Below are positions 20,099 through 29,232 of a DNA stretch of 41,710 nucleotides, one piece after another. Origin of the DNA: Gemmatimonadales bacterium (GTDB lineage Bacteria > Gemmatimonadota > Gemmatimonadetes > Gemmatimonadales > JACORV01); contig DATKLR010000070.1 in the NCBI GenBank assembly GCA_035542295.1, forward strand, positions 1-41,710, written 5' to 3'. The notes below the pieces were generated by a model that saw only the letters and a program-made list of their open reading frames with translations, did not search any database and was not told the DNA's origin. The position numbers were made by a program, and so were the translations under genes. Each line of letters begins with the position of its first letter. Position 1 is the first letter of the stretch.

Positions 20099-20657
20099 CG
20101 TGCGGGCGGCGCTGCCGCGGTGGGCCGTGGTGGCGGAGCGGCGCCTGGCGCACGTGGCGCGCGTCGTGGACCTCCTCGACGCGTGGGCCCGGGCGCGCGG
20201 CGTGGGCGACGCCGAAGCCGGCCGGTGGCGACGGGCCGCGCTGCTGCACGACGCGCTGCGGGACGCGGACGAGGCCGTGCTGCAGCGCCACGCACCGCGA
20301 CCGGTCTGGCCGCTCAAGACCTGGCACGGGCCCGCCGCGGCGGCGGCCGCGGCGGCGGACGGCGAGCGGGATGCGGGCGTCCTCGACGCCGTGCGCTATC
20401 ATTCGCTCGGATACGCCCGCTGGGACGATGCGGGGAAGATGCTGTACCTGGCCGATTACCTCGAGCCCGGACGTCCGTACGAGAGGCAGCGGCTGGACGC
20501 GCTCTCCGCTCGCGTTCCCGCCGAACCCGGGGCGGTGCTGCGCGAAGTGACGGCGCTGCGGATCGGATGGCGGCTCAAGGAAGGCGGTCCCATCGCGAAG
20601 GAGACATGGGAATTCTGGAACGCGCTCGCGGCGGCCGGCTCCTCGTCGTCGCGCTGA
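20079..20657 (+). CDS. HD-domain hydrolase, YqeK-like (putative bis(5'-nucleosyl)-tetraphosphatase)
   Basis: 192 aa reading ...RRLAHVARVV...AALLHDALRD...AVRYHS...KMLYLADYLEPGR, similar to the YqeK ADK.EPGR motif. GGAGGG lies 3-8 nt upstream of the ATG. The gene overlaps the panC end by 20 nt. Confidence 0.55.
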   Translation: MSTSSADVRAALPRWAVVAERRLAHVARVVDLLDAWARARGVGDAEAGRWRRAALLHDALRDADEAVLQRHAPRPVWPLKTWHGPAAAAAAAADGERDAGVLDAVRYHSLGYARWDDAGKMLYLADYLEPGRPYERQRLDALSARVPAEPGAVLREVTALRIGWRLKEGGPIAKETWEFWNALAAAGSSSSR

Positions 20658-21049
20658 TCGGCCTGGGCCTCGCCGCAGCGAGCTTCTCGCTCTGGTGGCA
20701 CGGGCGCCATCATGGCGACACGGGCGTCGCGCGCCCGGTGCCTGGTGAGCGGGACCGCGTCGTCGTCGAAGTGCTCAACACGACGCCGGGGGTGGGGCTG
20801 GCCCGCGCCGGGGCGCGCGTGCTGCGGGACGCCGGGATCGACGTCGTCTACTTCGGATCGGATACCGGTGCGGTCCTGGATTCCACCCAGGTGCTGGTGC
20901 GCCGCGGCACGGCGGACGGCGCGGAGCGCGTCGTCGCCGCGCTAGGCGTCGGCAGGGTCCGGCAGCTTCCCGATCCCGGCCGCCTCGTGGACGTGACGGT
21001 GCGGATCGGGCGTGACTTCGCCGCCCGCCTCGCCGCGCGCCACTCGTAG
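20606..21049 (+). CDS. LytR_C-domain membrane-anchored protein
   Basis: N-terminal TM helix LLVVALIGLGLAAASFSLWW, then VVVEVLNTTPGVGLARAGARVLRDAGIDVVYFG...VDVTVRIGRDF, a LytR cell-envelope C-terminal-domain pattern. AAGGAGA lies directly upstream of ATG 20606. Confidence 0.65.
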   Translation: MGILERARGGRLLVVALIGLGLAAASFSLWWHGRHHGDTGVARPVPGERDRVVVEVLNTTPGVGLARAGARVLRDAGIDVVYFGSDTGAVLDSTQVLVRRGTADGAERVVAALGVGRVRQLPDPGRLVDVTVRIGRDFAARLAARHS

Positions 21050-22051
21050 CTGCCCGCACGCGGCGGCGATGTCGAGCCCGCGGCTGCGGCGGGCCACCGC
21101 CTCCACCCCGCGCCGCCGCAGCGCTCCCGCGAACCAGGCAAGCCGCTTCCCCGGGGCCGGTACGAGCCCGGGCGCGCCGCCGGGATGCAGTGGCAGCAGG
21201 TTGACCAGCGCGCCGGCCTGCTTCGCGATGCGGGCGAGCGCGGCGAGATCCTCGTCGCGGTCGTTCACGCCCGCCATCAACACGTACTCGAACGTCACCC
21301 GCCGCTTGAACGCCTTGACCGCCTCGAGCACGTCCGGGAGCCGGTAGCGCTTCTCGATCGGCATGATCGACAGTCGTACCGCGCTGGTGGGCGCGTGCAG
21401 CGAGACCGCGAGACGGAACTGCTCGGGGCGCCTCGCGAGCTTGGCCAGCGCCGGGAGGATCCCGACGGTGGAGACCGTGATGTGGCGCGCCCCGATCCCC
21501 AGCGCCGCCGGATGGTTCAGCAATGTGAGCGCCGCATCCACCGCGGGCCAATTGAGCAGTGGCTCGCCCATCCCCATGAACACGACGTTGGTGGGCTTGA
21601 TGGGTTCCGGCGCGAGCAGCAGCTCGCGGACCTGGCCGGCGATCTCCCAAGCCTCGAGGTTGCGCCGGAGGCCCATCGTCCCGGTCGCGCAGAAGGCACA
21701 GCGCAGCGGGCACCCGGCCTGGGACGAGATGCAGAGCGTGCGGCGGGACCCCTCGGGGATGAGCACGGACTCGATCGCTTCGCCGTCGGGGAGCCGCCAC
21801 AGCATCTTGTGGGTCCCGTCCCTCGACTCCTGGCTGGTCTCGAGCACGAGCCGCGGCAGCGGCCACTCCTGGTCGAGCGCCTGCCGCAGGCTGTGAGGCA
21901 GCTCCGTCGCCTGAGCCCAGCTCGCCACCGGACGCTGCCAGAGCCGGGGGAGGAGCTGGGAGAGGCGGTACGGAGCCTCGCCGCGCCCGGCCAGCCACTC
22001 GGCCAACGTCGCCGACGCCGCCTCGGGCGTGAGGTCGAGCAGCGTGCTCAC
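20942..22051 (-). CDS. rlmN: 23S rRNA/tRNA adenine-C2 methyltransferase RlmN (radical SAM)
   Basis: YR..QL..W........W...T.LP..LR..L....L.........S.DGT.K.L..L.DG..IE.VLIPE..R.TLCISSQAGCPLRCAFCATG...RNL...EI..Q...FMGMGEPLLN...ACGQL. The GTG at 22051 overlaps the upstream stop as GTGA. Confidence 0.9.
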   Translation of the reverse strand: MSTLLDLTPEAASATLAEWLAGRGEAPYRLSQLLPRLWQRPVASWAQATELPHSLRQALDQEWPLPRLVLETSQESRDGTHKMLWRLPDGEAIESVLIPEGSRRTLCISSQAGCPLRCAFCATGTMGLRRNLEAWEIAGQVRELLLAPEPIKPTNVVFMGMGEPLLNWPAVDAALTLLNHPAALGIGARHITVSTVGILPALAKLARRPEQFRLAVSLHAPTSAVRLSIMPIEKRYRLPDVLEAVKAFKRRVTFEYVLMAGVNDRDEDLAALARIAKQAGALVNLLPLHPGGAPGLVPAPGKRLAWFAGALRRRGVEAVARRSRGLDIAAACGQLRVARGEAGGEVTPDPHRHVHEAAGIGKLPDPADA

Positions 22052-22986
22052 AGCATCCCCGCGGCCAGGCCGAAGCGGTAGCTCGCGCCGAAGCCGTTCA
22101 CACCGCCGTCCCGGCCCAGGTACACGCGGTACCGTCCCACATCCAGCGACACGCCGAGGCGGCTCCGCCACACCTCGATGCCGGCCGTCTCCTCACGCGC
22201 CGCGCCGACGTCTAATTCCGCGACCCCGCCGAGGGCGAGGCCCGCGGAGAGCTGGTGCTGCATCCCTTCGCCGTGCGCCCAGCCCGCGCCGTACCAGCAG
22301 CGAACGTCCGCCGTCGTGCCCCAGACCTGCCCCTCCGCCGTCCTGTAGGACACCGCCGCGCTGTAGCTCGCCGCGCCCTCCGAGGCCCGGAGCAGCGGGT
22401 CGAAGAACCGCGTGGCGACGCCGAACGAGAAGTGCGACGCCCCGGCGTACCGCAGGCCCAAGTCCAGCCCCAGCTGCGACGCGTTGACGATGTCCAGCCG
22501 CCCCGACAGCGCGCGCGCGGCGATCCCCGCCGTAAGGCCCGGGGCGATGGCGCGCGCGAGCCCGAGGGAGAGGACCTCGTTGTAGACGGCGATGTCGCCG
22601 CCGATGGCCTCCGGGCTCGTCTCCGTCCGCACCAGCCCGTCCACGCCCATCCGGCCGTAGATGAGGTTCACCGTGCCAAGCGTCCCGGCGCGAAATGCGA
22701 CGCTGGCGATGCCACCGCTGATGCCGATCTCGGACGGGGAATGGACCGCTTCGACGGCCAGGCGCAGGCTGGCGCCGGTCCCGGGGAGCCGCACGGCCGG
22801 CGTCCAAAGCGCTGCCGATCCGTCGTCGGCCAGCGCCGCGGGCACGACGAGGGTACCGGCGGCAAGCCGCCAGAGATCGGACGCCACGCCCGGCTGAGCG
22901 AAGACTTCCAGCGGCCGGGCGAGACTCCCCACTGCCAGGAGCAGGAGGAGGGCGGCGCCGAGGCTCTGGCGGCTGCGGGGGGGCAT
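22048..22986 (-). CDS. Putative outer-membrane beta-barrel protein (function unknown)
   Basis: Start taken at MPPRSRQSLGAALLLLLAVGSLARPLEVFAQ, which is signal-peptide-like. The remainder is Gly/Ala/Ser-rich, with alternating hydrophobic strands (LRLAVEAV, GVSLDVGRYRVYLGRD, ASYRFGLAAG). I recognise no specific family. Confidence 0.4.
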   Translation of the reverse strand: MPPRSRQSLGAALLLLLAVGSLARPLEVFAQPGVASDLWRLAAGTLVVPAALADDGSAALWTPAVRLPGTGASLRLAVEAVHSPSEIGISGGIASVAFRAGTLGTVNLIYGRMGVDGLVRTETSPEAIGGDIAVYNEVLSLGLARAIAPGLTAGIAARALSGRLDIVNASQLGLDLGLRYAGASHFSFGVATRFFDPLLRASEGAASYSAAVSYRTAEGQVWGTTADVRCWYGAGWAHGEGMQHQLSAGLALGGVAELDVGAAREETAGIEVWRSRLGVSLDVGRYRVYLGRDGGVNGFGASYRFGLAAGML

Positions 22987-23040
22987 CGGCGAAGGTTGGC
23001 CTCCGGCACAGGCGATGTCAAGCGAACCGGTCAGCTTGCT

Positions 23041-23065
23041 CAAGTTACGAGGCACCATTAACTTG
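23041..23065. promoter_or_regulatory. AT-rich 7-bp inverted repeat CAAGTTA-N11-TAACTTG; candidate transcription-factor operator
   Basis: Perfect arms at 23041-23047 and 23059-23065. The repeat lies in the divergent gap between the OMP-rlmN operon and the ptsN-aspS operon and stands out against the GC-rich background. Confidence 0.3.
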
Positions 23066-23093
23066 CGGCCGTCATGAGGCGCTCGCCGCCCCT

Positions 23094-23549
23094 GTGCTGC
23101 TGAGCCAGTTGCTGGCCCCTGATCGCGTCCGAGTCCCCCTTACATCCCGGGACAAGCCGAGCGTCCTCCGCGAGCTGGTGGACCTGCTGGTGCGCTCCTC
23201 CGGCGGGGCGCCCGACGACATCCTCCACGCGGTGCGCGAGCGGGAAGCGTGCCAGTCCACCGGGTTCGGCCACGGCGTCGCCATCCCGCACGCGCGCAGC
23301 CCGTCGGTCCCGGCCCTGACGCTGGTGGCCGGCCAGACTGCGGCGCCGATCGACTATGGTGCGCTCGACGGTGAACCGGTGCGTCTCTTCTTTCTCCTCG
23401 CGGGTCCCGAGGCGATGGCCGGCTCGCAGGTGCGGGCGCTGGCACGCATCGCCAGGCTGGTGCGGCAGGAAGGGATCAGGGGGCGGCTGCTGGGGGCTGC
23501 AACGCCGGAGGCGTTCTATCAGGTGGTGCGTGAAGCGGAGGGACAATAG
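23094..23549 (+). CDS. ptsN: PTS EIIA(Ntr)-type regulatory protein (PtsN-like)
   Basis: 151 aa reading ...K..VLRELV.LL........D.IL.AV.ERE...STG.G.GVAIPHAR (phospho-His context)...RLFFLLAGP. GTG start at 23094. Confidence 0.75.
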   Translation: MLLSQLLAPDRVRVPLTSRDKPSVLRELVDLLVRSSGGAPDDILHAVREREACQSTGFGHGVAIPHARSPSVPALTLVAGQTAAPIDYGALDGEPVRLFFLLAGPEAMAGSQVRALARIARLVRQEGIRGRLLGAATPEAFYQVVREAEGQ

Positions 23550-23552
23550 GGC

Positions 23553-23933
23553 GTGGCGAACCGGCTGGGTGGAGGGTGGGCGGCCGTGGTGGTGTGGATC
23601 GCGATTCAGCTCACGCTGACGTCGCTGCCGGGCGCGGCGATCCCCGTGAGCATCGGTCACCCACTGGACTGGGTTGCGCACTTCTGCATGTACGGTGTGC
23701 TCGGGACGCTGATCGCCCGCGTCGCGTCGCTGAACGGCTGGCCGCGGCGCCGCCTGCTGATTGCGGCGGCCCTCATCAGCGTCGGGGCCGCGCTCGACGA
23801 ACTGCACCAGCTCTTCATCCCCGGCCGGACCGCCGAGGTCCTCGATTGGGCGAGTGACACGCTGGGGTCGATCGTCGGTCTCACAACGGGGATGCGGCTC
23901 ATGAAATCGAGGTTCCGGCGGTGGCTGCGCTAG
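23553..23933 (+). CDS. VanZ-like membrane protein
   Basis: 126 aa with 4 hydrophobic helices. ...HFCMYGVLG... and ...DELHQLFIPGR......D...D..G are typical VanZ-family motifs. Confidence 0.6.
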   Translation: MANRLGGGWAAVVVWIAIQLTLTSLPGAAIPVSIGHPLDWVAHFCMYGVLGTLIARVASLNGWPRRRLLIAAALISVGAALDELHQLFIPGRTAEVLDWASDTLGSIVGLTTGMRLMKSRFRRWLR

Positions 23934-25696
23934 CCCGTACGTCCCTGCGGTCCCACTGGTGCGGCGAGCTGCGCGCGTCGCACGAGGGCCAGGAGGTCAG
24001 CCTGGGCGGGTGGGTGCACCGGCGCCGGGACCTCGGGGGCCTGGTGTTCGTGGATCTGCGGGATCGGGAAGGGCTGGCGCAGGTGGCGTTCGGCCCCGGC
24101 TGGTCGCCGCCGGACGTGCTCGAACGCTCGTCGGGGCTCGTGGCCGAGGCGGCGATCCTGGTGCGGGGGGTCGTGGCCCGCCGGCCCGCGGGGCAGGCCA
24201 ACCCCGACATGCCGACCGGCGAAGTGGAGGTGCATGCTACGTCGGTGACGGTGGTCGGGCCCGCAGTGACGCCTGCCATCCCGGTCGCGCGGGTGCGCGG
24301 GGAGGCGCTCGCCGCCGAGGAGCTGAGGCTCCGGCATCGCTACCTCGACCTGCGGCGTCCCGAGATGTACCGGAACTTGCAGCTGCGGCATCGCCTCCTG
24401 CAGCGCACGCGGCGCGAGCTGTCCGACCGCGGCTTCCTCGAGATCGAGACGCCGATCCTCACCAAGCCGACGCCGGAAGGCGCGCGGGACTTCATCGTGC
24501 CGTCTCGCATGTACCCGGGGCAGTTCTACGCCCTGCCGCAGTCGCCGCAGCTCTACAAGCAGCTGCTGATGGTGGCGGGGTTCGACCGTTATTTCCAGCT
24601 GGCACGCTGCTTCCGCGACGAGGATCAGCGCGCGGACCGGCAGCTCGAGTTCACTCAGATCGACCTCGAGTGTGCCTTCATCGGGCCTGAGGACGTCTAC
24701 GCGGTGACCGAGGGCGTGCTCGCGGCGCTGTGGGAGGAGGCGGGCCACAGGGTCGAGACGCCGTTTCCACGGATGGCCTACCGGGAAGCGATGGAGCGGT
24801 ACGGCACGGACAAGCCGGATCTGCGCTTCGGCCTGGAGATCCAGGACTGGACTGCGATCGCGCGGCCGCTCGAGGTCCCGATGTTTCGCGATCTGGTCAA
24901 TGCGGGCTGGCGGGTGAGGGGACTGCTCGTGCCCGATGCGCAGAAGCTCTCGAGGAAGCACATCGACGAGCTCGCTGCGCTGGCGAAGCACGTTGGCGGA
25001 TCGGGCCTCGGCTGGCTGCGGTGCCAGGGCGACCAGGTCTCGGGTTCCCTCGCCAAGTCGTTCCCGCGTGAAAGCGCGCGGCAGCTGGGCATGGTCGACG
25101 GCAGCCTCGCCCTCTTCGCCGTCGGCCCGGACCCGGAAACGTCGGCCGCGCTCGACCACGTCAGACGGGCGGTGATCTCGGCCCTCGAGCTCGCTCCTGC
25201 GAGAGAGCACGCCTTCGTGTGGATCGAGCAATTCCCCCTGTTCGACCACGAGCCGGGTACGGGCCGGCTGACCTTCATGCACCATCCCTTCACGGCGCCC
25301 TATCCCGATGACGTCGGGCTCGTGACGGCGGACCCCGAGCGGGCGCGGTCCCTGCACTATGACGTGGTCTACAACGGCGTGGAGCTGGGGAGCGGCTCGA
25401 TCCGGATCACCGATCCGGCGCTGCAGGCGCTGGTCTTCGAGCGGCTGGGCCTCTCGCGGGAGGTGGTGGAGCACCGCTTCGGCTGGCTGCTGGAGGGGCT
25501 GCGGAGCGGGGCGCCGCCGCACGGGGGCATCGCCCTCGGGTTCGACCGGATCGCCCTGCTCCTGGCCGGCGGGGACTCGCTGCGCGACGTGATCGCGTTT
25601 CCCAAGACGGCCCAGGCCCGCGCGCTGTTCGAGGGCGCACCGGCGCCGGTGCCGCCGGAGGATCTCGACCTGCTCCACCTCAAGATCACGCCGTGA
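23921..25696 (+). CDS. aspS: Aspartate--tRNA ligase (bacterial type)
   Basis: RSHWCGELR...V.L.GWVHRRRDLGGL.F.DLRDREGL.Q.V...FLEIETPILTK.TPEGARDF.VPSR...G.FYALPQSPQL.KQLLM..G.DRYFQ.A.CFRDED.RADRQ.EFTQ.D.E...GGIALG.DR. The exact start (GTG 23921) is uncertain. Confidence 0.93.
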   Translation: MAALARTSLRSHWCGELRASHEGQEVSLGGWVHRRRDLGGLVFVDLRDREGLAQVAFGPGWSPPDVLERSSGLVAEAAILVRGVVARRPAGQANPDMPTGEVEVHATSVTVVGPAVTPAIPVARVRGEALAAEELRLRHRYLDLRRPEMYRNLQLRHRLLQRTRRELSDRGFLEIETPILTKPTPEGARDFIVPSRMYPGQFYALPQSPQLYKQLLMVAGFDRYFQLARCFRDEDQRADRQLEFTQIDLECAFIGPEDVYAVTEGVLAALWEEAGHRVETPFPRMAYREAMERYGTDKPDLRFGLEIQDWTAIARPLEVPMFRDLVNAGWRVRGLLVPDAQKLSRKHIDELAALAKHVGGSGLGWLRCQGDQVSGSLAKSFPRESARQLGMVDGSLALFAVGPDPETSAALDHVRRAVISALELAPAREHAFVWIEQFPLFDHEPGTGRLTFMHHPFTAPYPDDVGLVTADPERARSLHYDVVYNGVELGSGSIRITDPALQALVFERLGLSREVVEHRFGWLLEGLRSGAPPHGGIALGFDRIALLLAGGDSLRDVIAFPKTAQARALFEGAPAPVPPEDLDLLHLKITP

Positions 25697-26646
25697 ACGG
25701 CGCCGACGACGTCGTCCATCGCCTGAACGTGGAGGGGGCCGACCTCCTCGCGCTGTCGGGGGTGAACGACGCGAACCTGCACGAGCTGGCCCGGCTCTCC
25801 GGCGTGCGGGTGTCGCTGCGCGGGGATCAGCTCTCGCTTGGCGGGGCGCTCGTGGCGGTGGAGCGGGCCACGCCGCTGGCGCAGGCGATGGTGGACCTCG
25901 CGCGGATGGGGGAGCAGTTCGGACCGGAGGACGTGCGCCGGATGGTGGAGGAGGGACCCGGCGAGAACTCGAGGAACGGCGACCTCAAGATCGTGCTCCC
26001 CGGCCTGCGTCGCATCGTCACCCCGAAGACCGCGGGCCAGCGGGAGTACGTGCAGGCGATGTACGACAACGACATCGTGGTCTCGATCGGGCCGGCCGGC
26101 ACCGGCAAGACCTATCTGGCGGTCGCCGTCGCCGTGGACATGCTCCATAAGAAGCGGGTCAAGCGGATCATCCTGGCACGGCCCGCGGTCGAGGCGGGCG
26201 AGCGGCTCGGGTTCCTGCCGGGGGACATGCAGGCGAAGGTGGATCCCTACCTTCGGCCGTTGTACGACGCCCTCGAGGACATGATGCCGCATGAGAAAGT
26301 GCAGCGGGCCCTCGAGTCTCGCGTCATCGAGATCGCGCCGCTGGCCTACATGCGCGGCCGCACGCTGGCGGACGCCTTCGTGATCCTGGACGAGGCGCAG
26401 AACACGACGGGGATGCAGATGAAGATGCTGCTCACCAGGCTCGGCGTGAACTCGAGGGCGGTCGTCACGGCGGACAAGACGCAGATCGACCTGCCGGCGC
26501 ACGAGGAGTCGGGCATCGTCCAGATCGAGCGGATCCTGCCCGGGATCGACGGGATCGGCTTCTGCTACCTCGACGAGAGCGATGTGCTGCGGCACCGGCT
26601 GGTCCGGCAGATCATCCGCGCCTACCGCGAGGACCCGGGCGGCTGA
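25693..26646 (+). CDS. phoH: PhoH-like ATPase (YbeZ family)
   Basis: ...P.T..Q..Y......ND.V...GPAGTGKTYLAVA.AV.......V.RIIL.RPAVEAGE.LGFLPGD...K.DPYLRPLYDAL...VILDEAQNTT..QMKM.LTRLG. The GTG at 25693 overlaps the aspS stop as GTGA. Confidence 0.92.
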   Translation: MNGADDVVHRLNVEGADLLALSGVNDANLHELARLSGVRVSLRGDQLSLGGALVAVERATPLAQAMVDLARMGEQFGPEDVRRMVEEGPGENSRNGDLKIVLPGLRRIVTPKTAGQREYVQAMYDNDIVVSIGPAGTGKTYLAVAVAVDMLHKKRVKRIILARPAVEAGERLGFLPGDMQAKVDPYLRPLYDALEDMMPHEKVQRALESRVIEIAPLAYMRGRTLADAFVILDEAQNTTGMQMKMLLTRLGVNSRAVVTADKTQIDLPAHEESGIVQIERILPGIDGIGFCYLDESDVLRHRLVRQIIRAYREDPGG

Positions 26647-28808
26647 TGCGGTACAGCGGCGCCGTCGGTCGTCATGCGGCGCGATTCCTCCTCGCGCTGC
26701 TCGTCGCCCTGGTGGCCTATCTCGCCTTTCCCCGCGCGGGCGCGCTGCTCCCGCATGCGTTCTCCGTCGGGAGCGTCGCGTCGACGGACGTGATCGCGCC
26801 GATCGGCTTCCTGGTGCCGAAGCCGGAGCCGCAGCGCGTGCGCGAGGCGGAGGCACTCGCCGCCACGGTGCGGCCCCTGGTGACCGTGCACCCGGAGGCG
26901 GCGGAGTCGGGAGCGGTCGCGGCCGCGCACTTCTTTGCGGTTCTGGATTCGGCGGCCGGGGCGGGCGGGAGCCTCACGGAGGCGGCGCGCGTGCAGGGCT
27001 TCGCGCTGTCGGGCGGGGATGCCGCCGCGCTGAGCGGGGCGGGGCTGCGCTCCGAGCTGCGGCGGGCGGTGATGGGAGCCCTGCGCCTCTCGGCCGCCGG
27101 CTATCTGGCGGCGGGGACGTCCACGGCCGAGCTGGGATCGGAGGTCGTCGTCCGGCACGGCAGCGACGAGCGCGTGGTCCCCAGCGACAGCCTCCGGACC
27201 TTCGGTGACTTCCTGGAGCGCGCGGGGCAGCAGCGTCCGGGGGAGCGGCAGGGGCGAGGCGAGGGCCTGTACGTGAGGCTTCTGGGCTTCTTCTTCCGTC
27301 CGACCCTGGTCTACGAGCGGGCCGAGACCGAGCGGCGTCGGGACGAGCTGCGGCGCTCCGTCGACTCGGTCCAGGCGGTCGTGCAGCCGGGGGAGAAGAT
27401 CATCGGCGCGCACGAGGTGGTCGACGAGGCGGCCGCGGCGAAGCTCGCCGCGTACCGCTCGGCGATCGAGCGCAGCACGACGGGCCGCGTGCGCGGGGCG
27501 GTCGCCACACTCGGCGAAGTCGGCGGTGACACCCTCTTGATGGTCCTCTTCGGCGTGCTCTGCCTGTTCGTCCGCCCGGCCATCTATCGTGACTACCGCT
27601 CGCTCGCCGCGTTCGCCGTCGGGTTCGCCGTGGTGATCGCCGCAGCGGGGCTCCTGGCCCGCTTCGTCCCGTCGCACCCCGAGCTCATACCCGTCGCCTT
27701 TGCCGTCATCCTGTTCTCGGTGCTGTTCGACGGAACCATCGCGGCGGTGGCGGCGATGGTGCTCGCGGCGTTGATCGGGGTGCAGCGGCCGTTCGCCGGG
27801 TCGGAAGCGCTGTTCATCACCTTCGTGGGCGGCGTGGCGGCGGCGCTCTCGGTGCAGCGCATCCGCCGGCGCACGCAGGTCTACTACTCCATCGCGATCG
27901 TGACGGCCGTCTACGCGGCGGCGGTGATGGTCTCCGGCACGGCCGCGGGCGAGCAGGCGGTCGCGATCGCGCGGTCCGCGGCCCTCGGTGGCGTCAACGC
28001 CCTCGCCTCCGCGGCGCTCGCGATGCTGGCCCTGCCTCTGGCGGAGCGCTTCACTCACGCCACCACGGACCTGACGCTGCTTGAGCTCTCGGACCCGGAC
28101 CGGCCGCTGTTGCGGCGGCTCGCCACCGAGGCGCCCGGGACCTATGCGCACTCCGTCGCGATGGCCAACCTGTGCGAGGCCGCCTGCAACGCCATCGGCG
28201 CCAACGGCCTGTTGGCCAGGGTCGGCTGCTACTACCACGACATCGGGAAGCTCAAGCACCCGCAGTACTTCGCCGAGAACCAGACGCACCTCCGGAGCCC
28301 GCACGACCAGCTCAAGCCGAGCCAGTCGGCCGCCGTGATCCGGCGGCACGTCGAGGATGGGCTCGCGCTCGCGGCGGAGCACCGGCTCCCCGAGGTGATC
28401 CGCGCCTTCATCCCGGAGCACCACGGGACGACCGCGATCACCTACTTCCTGGAGCGTGCGCGCGCGGAGGAGCCCGCGGCCCAGGCCCGTGAGGAGTTGT
28501 ATCGGTATCCCGGGCCCCGGCCGCGTACCGCCGAGACCGCCGTCGCGCTCCTCGGGGACGCGGTGGAGGCCGCGTTGCGGGTCCTTGACGATCCGTCGCC
28601 CGAGACTGTCGCCGACGCGATCGATCACCTGGTTGAGACCAAGGTCGCCGACGGCCAGCTGAAGGAGGCCCCGCTGACCCTCGCCCAGATCGAGATCGTG
28701 AAGCGGGAGTTCGTGCGCGTGTACGCGGCGATGTACCACAACCGCGTCGAGTATCCGGAGGATGCCGGGGGCATCACCGCCGACTGGGAGGTCGACCATC
28801 GCGGTTGA
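26646..28808 (+). CDS. 7TM-receptor HD (HDIG) domain membrane phosphohydrolase, PgpH/YqfF-like
   Basis: 720 aa with an extracytoplasmic N-domain and seven hydrophobic helices (about residues 290-450). HD domain: THATTDL...GTYAHSV.MANL...YYHDIGKLKHPQYFAEN...H...G...EHHGT. It sits in the conserved phoH-...-ybeY position. Confidence 0.8.
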   Translation: MRYSGAVGRHAARFLLALLVALVAYLAFPRAGALLPHAFSVGSVASTDVIAPIGFLVPKPEPQRVREAEALAATVRPLVTVHPEAAESGAVAAAHFFAVLDSAAGAGGSLTEAARVQGFALSGGDAAALSGAGLRSELRRAVMGALRLSAAGYLAAGTSTAELGSEVVVRHGSDERVVPSDSLRTFGDFLERAGQQRPGERQGRGEGLYVRLLGFFFRPTLVYERAETERRRDELRRSVDSVQAVVQPGEKIIGAHEVVDEAAAAKLAAYRSAIERSTTGRVRGAVATLGEVGGDTLLMVLFGVLCLFVRPAIYRDYRSLAAFAVGFAVVIAAAGLLARFVPSHPELIPVAFAVILFSVLFDGTIAAVAAMVLAALIGVQRPFAGSEALFITFVGGVAAALSVQRIRRRTQVYYSIAIVTAVYAAAVMVSGTAAGEQAVAIARSAALGGVNALASAALAMLALPLAERFTHATTDLTLLELSDPDRPLLRRLATEAPGTYAHSVAMANLCEAACNAIGANGLLARVGCYYHDIGKLKHPQYFAENQTHLRSPHDQLKPSQSAAVIRRHVEDGLALAAEHRLPEVIRAFIPEHHGTTAITYFLERARAEEPAAQAREELYRYPGPRPRTAETAVALLGDAVEAALRVLDDPSPETVADAIDHLVETKVADGQLKEAPLTLAQIEIVKREFVRVYAAMYHNRVEYPEDAGGITADWEVDHRG

Positions 28809-29232
28809 CGTGGTCGTCTCCGCAACGGTGGCGAGTCCCCTGTCGCGGGCGGAGGCCGAGCGCCTCGCCCGCGCGGTGCTTCGGGCCGAGGGGGTGAAGC
28901 GCGCCATGCTCTCGATCGCGTTCGTCGGCCGCCGCCGCATCCGCAGCCTCAACCGCCGGCACTTCGGGCGGGACCGCGAGACGGACGTCGTGGCCTTCGC
29001 GTTGGTGGGCATCCGCGGTCTGGTCGTCGGCGACGTGTACTGCGCCCCGGAAGTCGGCGCGCGGCAGGCCCGGCGCTTCGGGTCGTCGGCGGGGGAGGAG
29101 GTGCGCCGCCTCGTCGTGCACGGAGTGCTCCACGTGCTGGGCTACGATCACCCCGAGGGCCACGGGCGCCTCTCGAGCCTGATGTGGCGCCGGCAGGAGC
29201 GCCTGCTGGCCCGGCTGGCAGGCCGGCGATGA
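28762..29232 (+). CDS. ybeY: rRNA maturation endoribonuclease YbeY
   Basis: ...DRETDVVAF......GDVY....V...A........EE..RL.VHGVLHVLGYDH, the H-x3-H-x5-H zinc motif. The start is either ATG 28762 (47-nt overlap with the upstream gene) or GTG 28810. Confidence 0.85.
   Translation: MPGASPPTGRSTIAVDVVVSATVASPLSRAEAERLARAVLRAEGVKRAMLSIAFVGRRRIRSLNRRHFGRDRETDVVAFALVGIRGLVVGDVYCAPEVGARQARRFGSSAGEEVRRLVVHGVLHVLGYDHPEGHGRLSSLMWRRQERLLARLAGRR

Noticed and set aside
23051-23066. Sigma54-like element GGCAC...TTGC upstream of the ptsN-like gene.
   Set aside because: The spacing is GG-N12-GC, whereas RpoN promoters have a rigid GG-N10-GC. The flanking T of TGGCAC is also missing. This is probably chance, and it overlaps the AT-rich inverted repeat reported separately.
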